Numbered from the stretch's first letter, positions 28,802 through 42,363 are shown. The stretch: 64,000 nucleotides of DNA from Eledone cirrhosa (GCA_964016885.1 OZ024753.1:7192001-7256000); one strand, 5' to 3'. Notes: generated by a model not told the origin, from the sequence alone. Numbers and translations are program-made.

Positions 28802-29575
28802 TTAAAAGAGGTGATAGTCACAATTCAACAGCTATGACCTCTTCAGACAGTTAGAAGAGGTGATAGGCATAACATCTATGACCTCTTCAGACAGTTAAAA
28901 GAGGTGATAGCCACAATTCAACAGCTATGAGTTCTTCAGACAGTTAGAAGAGGTGATAGCCGCAACAGCTATGACCTCTTCAGGCAGTTAAAAGAGGTGA
29001 TAGCCACAATTCAACAGCTATGACATCTTCAGACAGTTAAAAGAGGTGATAGCCACAATTCAACAGTTACGACCTCTTCAGTCAGTTAAAAGAGATGATA
29101 GCCACAATTCAACAGTTACGACCTCTTCAGACAGTTAAAAGAGGTGATAGCCACAATTCAACAGTTACGACCTCTTCAGTCAGTTAAAAGAGATGATAGC
29201 CACAATTCAACAGTTACGACCTCTTCAGACAGTTAAAAGAGGTGATAGCCACAATTTAACAGTTACGACCTCTTCAGACAGTTAAAAGAGATGATAGCCA
29301 CAATTCAACAGTTACGACCTCTTCAGACAGTTAAAAGAGGTGATAGCCACAATTCAACAGTTACGACCTCTTCAGTCAGTTAAAAGAGATGATAGCCACA
29401 ATTCAACAGTTACGACCTCTTCAGACAGTTAAAAGAGGTGATAGCCACAATTTAACAGTTACGACCTCTTCAGTCAGTTAAAAGAGATGATAGCCACAAT
29501 TCAACAGTTACGACCTCTTCAGACAGTTAAAAGAGGTGATAGCCACAATTTAACAGCTATGACCTCCTCAGACAG
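28761..29575 (-). repeat. 49-bp minisatellite, 17 units (two of 44 bp), with 98-bp dimeric periodicity on the right
   Basis: Unit GGTGATAGCCACAATTCAACAGTTACGACCTCTTCAGACAGTTAAAAGA; starts at 28761, 28810, 28859, 28903, 28952, 28996, 29045 ... 29535. Confidence 0.95.
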
Positions 29576-29841
29576 GTAGAAGCAACACATAGAAAACATT
29601 AAAAAATATAAAGTTTTTCTTGGAGGTGAAAGAATAATAACAGAGAAAAGTAAAGATGTTAATGGTTAAGCTAACTTTCCGATATTGTCAGTTGTGTTTG
29701 TTGTTATATTTATAACGGTAATCAAAGAAATGTTGACTTATAGATCTAGTTTATAAATTTACTCCGGAGTTAACTGACCCTCTTGTGGACATCGTTGAGT
29801 GCTTTACACTGCATACTGAACTATTCCTGTTAAACACATAA

Positions 29842-29902
<61 letters not shown>

Positions 29903-29905
29903 TGT

Positions 29906-30045
29906 GTAACCCCGACGGCAGAGCTCAAGCCGTTTTCACGGCTATTTCTGGACTGTAAATCTATTTATTACCACTCTACTACCCTAAGTATTGAGTACTC
30001 TGGTGCGTTATGGCCCATCTGGTTCCTTACACACTTCCTTCGTTA
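29906..30045 (+). mobile_element. Family A element with the HHR half inverted relative to the tail
   Basis: Same arrangement as 25851. Confidence 0.7.
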
Positions 30046-30107
30046 TATATATATATATATATATATACATGTCCAAGAGATGTCAACATGAATGGACCTT
30101 TTATATA

Positions 30108-30266
30108 TACATGGACACACTAGAAGAGGAAGACCAAGGTTAACATATGTTGATGCCCTAAGGACAGACACTGGTCTGTTGGAGATGCAGGATATGGCAG
30201 CGATAATGAGGGACAGAGACCGCTGGAGAGAACTCGTCCATGGATCTCGGGAATTTTACCCGCCTT

Positions 30267-30268
<2 letters not shown>
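30108..30268 (+). mobile_element. RTE 3' tip, same family as 62510-62802
   Basis: CATGGACACACTAGAAGAGGAAGACCAAGG...GGAATTTTACCCGCC is nearly identical in both. Confidence 0.8.
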
Positions 30269-30319
<51 letters not shown>

Positions 30320-30571
30320 TATAGAGAAAAATACTGCAGGTAGCACATGGTAACATGTAATAAAATACGTCCCTCATCAGTGATTTGCCGAAGATCATAG
30401 ATATTTCATTGCATTAAAAATCATATATCTCACTTCGGTGCAATAATAACCAAAATAAGTTATTAGGACAATTAAAACGCGTAAAGCGAGTGAGACGGGA
30501 GAACATATATATATATATGGAAAAAATGAAACGAAATTTCATTTCTCACTCTTAGTACGGCTGTTACTTAA

Positions 30572-30858
30572 ATATAAGTACGTATACGTACATACATATA
30601 TGTATACAGACGTACAGTAGTATGTATATATATATACATACATGCACACATATATATATGTACGTATAGATTTACCGAACATTTATTATAATGCTCGGTT
30701 TGTTTGTAAACAAACATCCCGAATTAAGCCGTACATTACAAACAAACCGAGCATTATAATAAATGTTCGGTAAATCCATACGTACATATATATATATGTG
30801 TGCATGTATGTATATATATACATACTACTGTACGTCTGTGTATGTACGTATACATACT

Positions 30859-30863
<5 letters not shown>
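30572..30863. repeat. Inverted repeat with about 130-bp arms and a 26-nt spacer
   Basis: 30572-30709 versus 30736-30863. Confidence 0.88.
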
Positions 30864-30890
<27 letters not shown>

Positions 30891-31000
30891 CGAATATATG
30901 AATATATGTAATGTATATTTGTCAATATACTGTATGTTTAATTAAAAACATTTTTGACGACCATATACATACACACGCGCGCACACACACATACACATAT

Positions 31001-31033
<33 letters not shown>

Positions 31034-31035
31034 CT

Positions 31036-31098
<63 letters not shown>

Positions 31099-31477
31099 AT
31101 GTTTGTTTGATGTCACAACAACTTGGACATTTGAACCTCTAATGGGAATTCAAGTAACAGCTGAAATATTAAATTTCGCACGTTTCAACTTGAAACCGTC
31201 GTCAATAATTTTGCTCCTACACGTTGAAAATTGCACCCATTCCCGTTATGTAGTTAACTAGAAGAATGTCTGGTTTCAAAGGACATTAAATTAACACAAA
31301 TTACAACTTATGAAATTACAGAACCAACACCACCAGCAAACAACACTTCATAACATTGTATTAATCAACAAGGTGAGAAGACTCTATTGCAGATTTAGTT
31401 AGGTTATATGATTTAAACTACATCGTCTAAGTTCCTCCTTCAGATCTCTACTATTCTGTATGAAACACTGTGTAGAG

Positions 31478-32139
31478 TATCATGTCAAACTGAGGGTCCT
31501 CCATGGGCCACATGGGTTACGTATGTGTAGTCTGACGGCTACACATGGCAACAAATTGCGTCCTTGGCCCTAGGGCTACCTCTCTACTCACCACCATAGG
31601 CGCTGAGCTGGCCAGCAGCAGGTGTGAGCCTCGCGAGATGGAATGGCTATTCCAGCGCATCTCCCTTACCATCCTACGGGGAAAACGCCTTCTCCATTCT
31701 GTCTGCCGCCGGGGCTGTGGGGAGGCGGCCAGCACGTGGGACCCCATTTGCTCACCATACAGAGAGATGGGGAGGGCGAGAGAGATGGAGGCGATGACAG
31801 TGGGAGTTCTGCTCTTCCACGTTCAGACCATATCCATAGTGACAAGTTATTCTGATTCCTTTCCCTTCTCTTCATTACTTCTAGATTCCAAAACTATCCT
31901 TATTTTGCTCTCTTTCTCATTAGGATTTTATAATTGTTTCTACTTTAGGCACAAGGCCAGCAATTACCCAGTGCATTACTGGTACTTTATTTTATCGACC
32001 CCGTAAGGATGAAAGGCAAAGTCAACCTCGGCAACCTATTATGATTTTATAATACAAAGATAAAATAGGCTCGCACTGTAAAAAACGTTTGTACGGGCCA
32101 CAGGTGAGCATGTAAAGGGCCGCATGTTTGACTTGCTTG
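31478..32139. mobile_element. hAT MITE with 8-bp TSD GTGTAGAG carrying nested LINE and SINE pieces
   Basis: TSD at 31470-31477 and 32140-32147; imperfect TIRs TATCATGTCAAAC and GTTTGACTTGCTTG with GGGCC subterminal motifs. Confidence 0.72.
31540..31830 (+). mobile_element. 3' end of a CRE-like (RLE-type) non-LTR retrotransposon
   Basis: VLGPRATSLLTTIGAELASSRCEPREMEWLFQRISLTILRG resembles the CRE C-terminal FQRxSxxxQRGN motif; homologs at 40692-40815 and 42500-42980. Confidence 0.7.
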
Positions 32140-32254
32140 GTGTAGAGCACAAACGGTTTATAGTAATGTAATTAGTAATATAGTAATGTTTATAGTAATG
32201 TTTATGGTAATATTTATAGTAATATATTAAGTAAAAAAATCTCTGGTATCTGCA

Positions 32255-32458
32255 AAACATGGTAGAGCGTGAGACACCATGCTTTGTAGCAGAGAGTTAT
32301 GGCTCTTTACGTTCTGAGTTCAAATCCCGCCAAGGTTAGTTTTGCCTTTCATCCTTACGGGGTCGATAAAATAAAGTACCAGTAATGCACTGGGGTTGGT
32401 TTAATAGACTTTCCACTCGCCGAAATTGCTGGCCTTGTGCCTATATTAGAAATCATTA
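32255..32458 (+). mobile_element. Meta-type SINE, long-tail variant
   Basis: Family core plus CACTGGGGTTGGTTTAATAGACTT insert. Confidence 0.85.
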
Positions 32459-32524
32459 TATATGTAATATTCTAAACGCTATACAACATGTATATGTTTG
32501 TGTGTGTGTGTGTATGTTTATATA

Positions 32525-32597
<73 letters not shown>

Positions 32598-32807
32598 ATA
32601 TATATATATTTATACACATATATGTATATATACATATATATGTATATATAAATATATTTATATACATATATGTATATATATGTATATATAATATACATAT
32701 ACGTTTATATATATATACATAAATATATACATACATATATATATATACATATGTATGTATATATTTATGTATATATATATAAATGTATATGTATATTATA
32801 TACATAA

Positions 32808-32962
<155 letters not shown>

Positions 32963-33015
32963 AACGTATATGTGTATTATATACATAAATATATACATAT
33001 ATATATATATATATG

Positions 33016-33092
<77 letters not shown>

Positions 33093-33093
<1 letters not shown>

Positions 33094-33699
33094 GTCAGGT
33101 CACCAGTTGGTGCTACTGGTAACATGTATCCCAGTACAACCTGTCCCATGGTCGGGTCGTTGGCGACTAAACTGGCAACCCCACCAAGGTTTCTTGGTGA
33201 GGAGGGTGACTTTGGACATCCTGCAGGACTAAAAACAAAACCTGTCAAAGGGCGAAGGAGCTCTTAAGAGTCAATGGCCATCCAAAATCACCGGGAGAGA
33301 TGACCCCTTAGCCTTTGTCAAGGCAGAATTCTAGGAGAAGGAAAACTCTGATATAACACCTGCAACCCTGATGGTATCCAATGATGTTGACTTGTTCTTC
33401 TTTTTGGTAAATATCATCTTGGTTAAGAGAGTGGGATTGGCTTTGTGCAGTGCCTTTGCTCACTATAAAAGCTTCACGGCACAGGCATTACTTTATATCT
33501 GGAGATCTCTCTGCACTTGTCGTCACATGGTACCATGGGCCCAGCACTATGTGTCAATAATTGTCACAAGTGAAGTGTTTGTACCAGAATTTTCAAGTTG
33601 CTGGCTGGACTAAAAAGTCACACTCGTTCAGCGCATCGGTAGGGGTTCCCCTACATGGATATAAAGTAGTGGCCGTACTCGAAAACGAGTTGGCAGCCA

Positions 33700-33702
<3 letters not shown>
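33093..33702 (+). mobile_element. Non-autonomous bipartite RTE-derived retroelement
   Basis: GGAGAAGGAAAACTCTGA (RTE 5'-UTR-like) and 3' end TGGCCGTACTCGAAAACGAGTTGGCAGCCACCAT; near-identical truncated copy at 60504-60916; relatives at 35735-36025 (-) and 59679-59720 (-). Confidence 0.65.
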
Positions 33703-33749
<47 letters not shown>

Positions 33750-34247
33750 ATATATATGTATATATATATATACATATATATATATGTATATATATATGTG
33801 TATATATATATATATGTTTATATATATATATATATACATACATGTATATGTCTATGTATATGTATATGCATATATGTGACTGGAAATGTAAGAGTGTTAA
33901 CAAGAGTGTTAGAATTCCTGTTGACATTTGTACATTAGTGATTCTAGAAACAGCCTGGCACGTCATAACCAGTTCGTCTGCCCTACCTTATTGGATTAAG
34001 AAGAGAGGAACACATTACATGATAAAGAAATACACACGCACACACACACACACACATATGCAGACATAGGCACACACTCATACATTAACATACATACGTG
34101 GACCAGCATCAAAACAAATTACGAAACTGTGGCATTGGCATACAAATATACAAAAGAGAAAAATACGCAGATATTTTAAACACTTACATATTTATCTATC
34201 TATCTATCCATCCCCCCCTCTCTCTCTATATATATATATATATTTAT

Positions 34248-35273
34248 ATTGCAACAATCTAGTAGGGCTATTAATATTCATTAAGCACTATTCGAAAGAT
34301 TTACCACAATTTCTTTCCATAACATGGAACTGGGAAATTATAACACACATAACCCTATCAGTGAAGCCCTTTAGTATAGGTCAAAACCACAACTTCTGTC
34401 CATAACATGGAACTGGGAAATTATAACACACATAACCCTATCAGTGAAGCCCTTTAGTATAGGTCAAAACCACAACTTCTTTCCATAACATGGAACTGGG
34501 AAATTATAACACACATAACCCTATCAGTGAAGCCCTTTAGTATAGGTCAAAACCACAACTTCTGTCCATAACATGGAACTGGGAAATTATAACACACATA
34601 ACCCTATCAGTGAAGCCCTTTAGTATAGGTCAAAACCACAACTTCTGTCCATAACATGGAACTGGGAAATTATAACACATATAACCCTATCAGTGAAGCC
34701 CTTTAGTATAGGTAAAAACCACAACTTCTGTCCATAACATGGAACTGGGAAATTATAACACACATAACTCTATCAGTGAAGCCCTTTAGTATAGGTCAAA
34801 ACCACAACTTCTGTCCATAACATGGAACTGGGAAATTATAACACACATAACCCTATCAGTGAAGCCCTTTAGTATAGGTCAAAACCACAACTTCTGTCCA
34901 TAACATGGAACTGGGAAATTATAACACGCATAACCCTATCAGTGAAGCCCTTTAGTATAGGTCAAAACCACAACTTCTGTCCATAACATGGAACAGGGAA
35001 ATTATAACACGCATAACCCTATCAGTGAAGCCCTTTAGTATAGGTCAAAACCACAACTTCTGTCCATAACATGGAACAGGGAAATTATAACACACATAAC
35101 CTTATCAGTGAAGCCCTTTAGTATAGGTCAACTAACAGGAAATTGTATTACAGTTACGAAAAAAATGCTAAATAAGCCTACAAGGTAAAAATTATAAAAC
35201 GGTCATCGTATGCCACTCTGACTAGTCTGGCGGGCCAGATTGTGGCCCGTGGGCCGCTTGTTACAATCCCCTC
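34248..35273 (+). mobile_element. Non-autonomous hAT-like element with a 10 x 83-bp internal array (34304-35131)
   Basis: AACATGGAAC recurs at 34321, 34404 ... 35068 (period 83); right end GGCGGGCCAGATTGTGGCCCGTGGGCCG..CCCCT is Charlie-like. Confidence 0.8.
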
Positions 35274-35675
35274 CCTCAAATGATAAGGCCTGCTTATACA
35301 TGTTAGGGAAAGAACTCCTGCAGCTCTGTTGCACACCTCTGTTGTAGATAAATACGTGTGGCTGTTAATTTTGTGGTTTTGTTGTTGCTCATACGAAAGA
35401 CCTCCATCTTGGTGAAGATTTCCTTTCTGTTGTTTTCTTCTCTCACTGGTGCTGCCTATTGCACGCCCCTCTTCTAGAATCTAGAGAAACAAGGACTAAT
35501 ATACTAATGTACCAATATACCAATCCCGGGTGACCAAATAATAAGCTTGTTATTTTTTTTTTTTTTTTTTTTTGTTAGTTAATTGTCCCTAACAGAGCAA
35601 GAATCATTAAAGCTGCGTCTGATTGTTAGACCACTGATGACGGATATTCCTGGCTTCTATTTCTAATTCTTCAAT

Positions 35676-35718
<43 letters not shown>

Positions 35719-35734
35719 TATATATATATATATA

Positions 35735-36025
35735 TGATGGCTGCCCCCTCGTTATCGAGTATGGCCATCGCACGATATACCATTATTAATAATTATTAAT
35801 TCTATCGTGCAATGCCTGTGCGTGAAGATATTTTTTAAAGTGAGGAAAGACTGTGCACTGAGCCAATCCCACTCTCTGAGCGACAGTAGCTATAACCCGA
35901 AAAGAAAAGAAGATCAACATCATCGGTAGCTACTGAGCCGCAGGTTTTATATCAGAGTTATCCCAGGCTCCTGAGTTCCCTTCTAGAAGAATGCCCTGAC
36001 AAAGCTAGGGGTCCTTCACCGCGCG
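35735..36025 (-). mobile_element. Diverged relative of the RTE-derived element at 33093
   Basis: Reverse complement matches GAGAGTGGGATTGGCT..TGCACAGT and the GGCAGCCA(T/C)CAT end. Confidence 0.6.
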
Positions 36026-36038
36026 GTACATACATACA

Positions 36039-36085
<47 letters not shown>

Positions 36086-36086
36086 C

Positions 36087-37152
36087 CCCTTCGGTCACAA
36101 ATGACCATGGGATTTGCACCAAGAAAGTTTCCCTCCGAGGCACAAGTCCGGGCAAGTTTTTTTTTGTGGAACTCCAGCCTCCTCTCTCCAAGCCACCGAT
36201 GGTGTCCAAGGGAAAGGCTATGGCTGTTACAGCTTGGCACCAGTGACGCCACAACATATATATACATTAGATATATAGTGTATATATTCTTTACATACAG
36301 TATAAGATGGTGTCCAAGGGAAAGGCTATGGCTGTTACAGCTTGGCACCAGAGACGACACAACATATATATACATTAGATATACTCTATGTAAAGTATAT
36401 ATACACTATATATGATGATGTCCAATGGAAAGGTTATGGCTGATGCAGCTTGGCACCAGTGACGACACAACATATATATACATTAGATATACTCTATGTA
36501 AAGTATATATACACTATATATAATGATGTCCAATGGAAAGGTTATGGCTGATACAGCTTGGCACCAGTGACGCCACAACATATATATACATTAGATATAC
36601 TCTATGTAAAGTATATATACACTATATATGATGTTGTCCAAGGGAAAGGCAATGGCTGATACAGCTTGGCACCAGTGGCGCCACAACATATATATACATT
36701 AGATATACTCTATGTAAAGTATATATACACTATATATAATGATGTCCAATGGAAAGGCTATGGCTGATACAGCTTGGCACCAGTGGCGCCACAGCATATA
36801 TATACATTAGATATACTCTATGTAAAGTATATATACACTATATATGATGATGTCCAAGGGAAAGGCAATGGCTGTTACAGCTTGGCACCAGTGACGCCAC
36901 AACATATATATACATTAGATATACTCTATGTAAAGTATATATACACTATATATGATGTTGTCCAAGGGAAAGGCAATGGCTGATACAGCTTGGCACCAGT
37001 GACGCGCAACATTTCTACAGCTGAAAGAACTGGAGCAACGTGAAATAAAGTGTCTTGCTCAAGGACGCAACGCATCAGCCGTTCCGAGAATCAAACTCAC
37101 AACCTTTCGATTGCAAGCCCAGTGCTCTAACCGGTAAGGCGTGCGCCTTCAC
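36087..37152 (-). mobile_element. CORE-type SINE with an alternative tail, interrupted by a 108-bp tandem array
   Basis: Head at 37005-37152 and tail at 36087-36250; TCCAA recurs at 36205, 36313, 36421, 36529, 36637, 36745, 36853 and 36961. Confidence 0.85.
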
Positions 37153-37196
37153 AATACATAGGTTTATTTAAATATATATATACACACACATACACA

Positions 37197-37309
<113 letters not shown>

Positions 37310-37587
37310 CAATAACAGAGATAGTTTAAAGCTAATCTCTGATTGGTAACCATCTCACTCAACAAACATTAGGTTATATTTTAATATAAACCCAATTTAA
37401 GTGTTTGGGGTGCTATCAATTTGTATTATGTGGAAAAGCCAGTTGTATTATTTTATGAGATATAATTAAAGTAAAAATATATCTCTCTTTCCAAACAATT
37501 GTTTCATTATAAGTTTTCTACAAATTCGGAGAATATTGCCAGTTTATGTAGAAGCCTATATATACATTTATTAAAATAACAGATTAA

Positions 37588-37638
37588 AGTTTAAGCAAAG
37601 AATCGCTGCTTTCACCCTTAACGGGATCTTCTGAAACT
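37588..37638 (-). ncRNA. Type I HHR motif, U4A variant
   Basis: Minus strand: AGUUU-CAGAAGA-UCCC(guuaa)GGGU-GAAA-GCA(gcgauucuu)UGC-UU-AAACU; 3' part repeated at 58104-58168 (+). Confidence 0.7.
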
Positions 37639-38284
37639 AACAAAGTCAATCTGTAAACGCAGAAGTGGATATTTCAAATAACGTTGCAGCCGGAGGAAGA
37701 CAGGAAGACGATACTTTGGTTCATGGAAACATTTGCTGGCAAGAACGGGGAAAAATGAATAAGATACGTCATTAATAGGAGCGGTGAAAAACAATTACGC
37801 GCAAAGACAGAACCACGTTTTGAAATTTATATATATATACACACACGTATGTGTGTGTGTGTGTGTATGTATGTATATATCATATGGAGAAAATATCTTA
37901 AAGCCATCACGTACCAGTGGCGACCTCTGTCATGATAATAATCTGCACGAATACGGAAAGGTCTCCGATCGCTAATGAGATGAAACGCCCCTAAAGGAGC
38001 GACAATCGAAATGTGATGTTGAGTGGAGTTAAAAAGAGAACCGCGTCCATAAAACGAAGACAAAATGAACGACGGGGGAGATATAATGTCAATCGTACTT
38101 AAGTACTTAATATAACATAAATTTAGCTGTAGGTATCATGACCACACAGTCAAGTTTTCGAGTGATTTGGGCTGTCTGTGAAGCCGCCATTCGGTTTTGC
38201 ATGGTTTTGAGCGATCTCAAGTGGTTTTCGGCTCAACTTCCGAATATATTCGTTGTCATTGAAAATGTTGATATATTCATGTGA

Positions 38285-39461
<1,177 letters not shown>

Positions 39462-39480
39462 CATTTATACTGACATCATT

Positions 39481-39530
39481 CGAAGGTTGGCTGAAAGTTC
39501 ATAGGATGACTAAGATATTCTCATGGAATG
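39481..39530 (+). mobile_element. Possible mariner-type TIR remnant
   Basis: CGAAGGTTGGCTGAAAGTTC resembles mariner ends; no partner end found. Confidence 0.3.
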
Positions 39531-40154
39531 ATCAGAGAAAATGTTTCATCCCAGCCCCTACACAATCTAAAGTTATGACCAAATGAAGTTTATCTATCAA
39601 TACTGCCAATCTCCGGCCATTTAAGTAAGAAATAATAGAATATCTTGATTTGAACAAGGTGAAACAAGATGAAATATTTCTAAATATTAACAACACGAAT
39701 GTGCCCTCTGACGAATGTATAGGTAATATTTTAAATAACATAAATATGTTGAACGCAAACAATAATTTGATAAACTATAATTTGATAAACATAAATAACA
39801 ATTTTATTTAGTGTTATTAGCGGTCAACAAACAAACAGACTAATTTACATTTTATAAGTATGATAAACAGATAAGTATATACATTACTAAGAAAAACAAG
39901 AAAATGTGAAATAAATCTTCTTATATAAACTTAAAGGGATGAGCATTTATTCAATATTCAATCGTACAATATCATGAAACGGATATTGACATTATACAAA
40001 ATAATTTAGCAGTGCCTAATAAAAACAAAACAACTACTAAACGTATGATATTAAAAAATAACTGAGGGAAGATATGTGTCTCATACTATAATATATAACA
40101 GTAATTAAATGTGGTGGACATGGTGAAGCGGTATAATGAAATGTCCCTTCAAAT

Positions 40155-40449
40155 TACACAGCAGTCTAAAATCTATGGCAAACTCCCTCGGGCCTCTGCC
40201 CTTCTAAAATCCCGGAGAGCTCAATTTGCTGGCCACTGTCACCGTGCCAGCAATGAAATCATATCCGCTCTCTTGCTCTGGAACCCTGACTCCAGCCTGA
40301 CTAGGAGTAGGAAGCTGTCATTCCCTGACGTTATCTCTAGGGATACGGGAATCAGTAGACAGGACCTGGGGGCAGCGATGGGGGACAGGGAATTCTGGGG
40401 TATGAGAGTGAGATCCATCATCTCGACAGTAGTCGACGAGTGATGATGT
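40155..40449 (+). mobile_element. RTE-clade LINE 3' fragment
   Basis: IYGKLPRAS..RRAQFAGHCHR..LLLWNP..AMGDREFW; (TGA)n tail. Confidence 0.85.
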
Positions 40450-40691
40450 GTGTGACACAGCAGTAATGATCCTGAAGTTCTGTTTCGCTGTCGTCAGAGA
40501 TAGAAATTATTTCTCAGGGTTTGAATGTTTGAGCTTCGAGTTAAATGTCAAGCAGTATTTATCTCTGCAGTCTATAATCAAATCTTATGGTCATCTACTT
40601 TCCCAGCAACCTTTCGTTACTTAATTATCGAAGCCAGTGAGTGAGTCTATTATAACTACATAAGACTATTCAACAGAATTCGTAATATAAT

Positions 40692-40815
40692 CGGCGCACA
40701 GAATAGAGAAGGCGTTTCCCCGGAGGACGGCAAGAGAGACGCGCTGGAAGAACCACTCTAACTCGCGAAGCTCACAGTCTGCGGCAGGCCAGCTCATCGC
40801 CTATGGTGGTGAGAT
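40692..40815 (-). mobile_element. CRE-like LINE fragment
   Basis: Minus strand encodes EWFFQRVSLAVLRGNAFSIL. Confidence 0.7.
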
Positions 40816-41778
40816 CCTATGGTTTGGAAGAATAGATAGAGCATCAGGTGGGATGCCCTGTGGTATCGGTTTGGATTTCTGCAGTCTCATTTGAAATCTC
40901 GCCTTATGTCATCGGAAAATGGCGGCATGATATGACTGCGGTAGCTATCATTAAAACACACGAGAAAGTTGAAGCCTCGTTGGAGGCCGGTTATAATTAC
41001 GCAAGCGTGTTAAGTAAGTCAGATGCACTAAACGATGTTGATATAATGATCCATACTCTCTGTAAGCTAAGATAAGAGTAGCATTAACTGCCTATGAGCA
41101 CAGCTTAAAGTATAAAATGAATAACTGGCAATTCCATTTGTTTGCACGTACCGAGGCATCTTCCACATGCGCAATTTCAACGACCATTTAGCTGAATACG
41201 ATTCCTGAATAATTATGTTTTTCACCTCCATGCTTTCTCTATAGAAGGACGAATAATGGTGGATAAATCGAACGTATGCATTATATTTTTATCGGCAATA
41301 ATTCGAACGTATGTATAAACACTGTCATGGAGTCATTTCTCTCTCTATATTTTTTCTTGTATCTCTATTTCGTCTCTCAAATGTCGTTTTATCTTACCAT
41401 TAAAGCCGATAGTCGAATCTTATGTCAAAGTGCAGTACGTCATACACAGTTATCTACTGAATGGATCTGTTGAAAACCCATTTTATACACCGCTTTACAA
41501 TAATCAATTTCTTAATCAAACAGTTGCCAAAAAAAATCGAAGCATTTATGTTTCCTACAGAATCTGTCTTAATAATAACCGTCCATAAGAGAATATCAAA
41601 CAAGAAATATACAAAAATAAAAATATAAACAATAATATATTGTCAAATATGCGAATTATTTTTCCTGTCCATTCTTAAAATAATTGCTTATTATTAATGT
41701 CATTGGTCAATATTTACCTTTTTGGCCTTCAATATGCCATAGATATGTGTATAGAGAATGAATATAATTATATATGGC

Positions 41779-42363
41779 ATTGGTAGTATCGGTAGAACGT
41801 TGGACACCATGCTTTGCAACATAGATTTACGCCTCTTTACGATCTGTGTTCAAATCCCCGCCGAGGTTAACTTTGCCTTTCATCCTTACGGGGTCGATAA
41901 AATAAAGTACCAGTAATACACTGGTGTAATTGCTGGCCTTGTGTCAAAAAGTAGAAACAATTATTATCAGGGTGGTGGATTGGCAGAATCGGTAGAGGGT
42001 CGGATAACATGCTTTGTGTCATAAAGATACGGCCTTTTACGTCCTAAATTCAAATCCCGCAATGTTAGCTTTGCCTTTCATCCTTACGGGGTCGATAAAA
42101 TAGAGTACCAGTAATGCTATTTAATCGCCTTTACCCTCCCGTAAAAACATCGTTGGCCTTGTGCCATTATTTATATATTTGGCAGTATCGGTAGAGGGAG
42201 GGTCAGACACCATGCCTTGCAGCATAGAGTTGTGGCCCTTTATGGTCTGAATTCAAATCCTGCCGAGGTTAACTTTACCTTTCATCCTTACAGGGTCGAT
42301 AAAATAAAGTACCAGTAATACACTGGGATATTTGCTGGCCTTGTGCCAAAAGTAGAAACAATT
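41779..42363 (+). mobile_element. Three tandem Meta-type SINEs
   Basis: About 41779-41965, 41969-42168 and 42179-42363. Confidence 0.88.

Noticed and set aside
33371-33613. 80-aa ORF duplicated at 60584-60826
   Set aside because: Lies within two recent copies of a non-autonomous retroelement; identity reflects copy age and no domain is recognisable.
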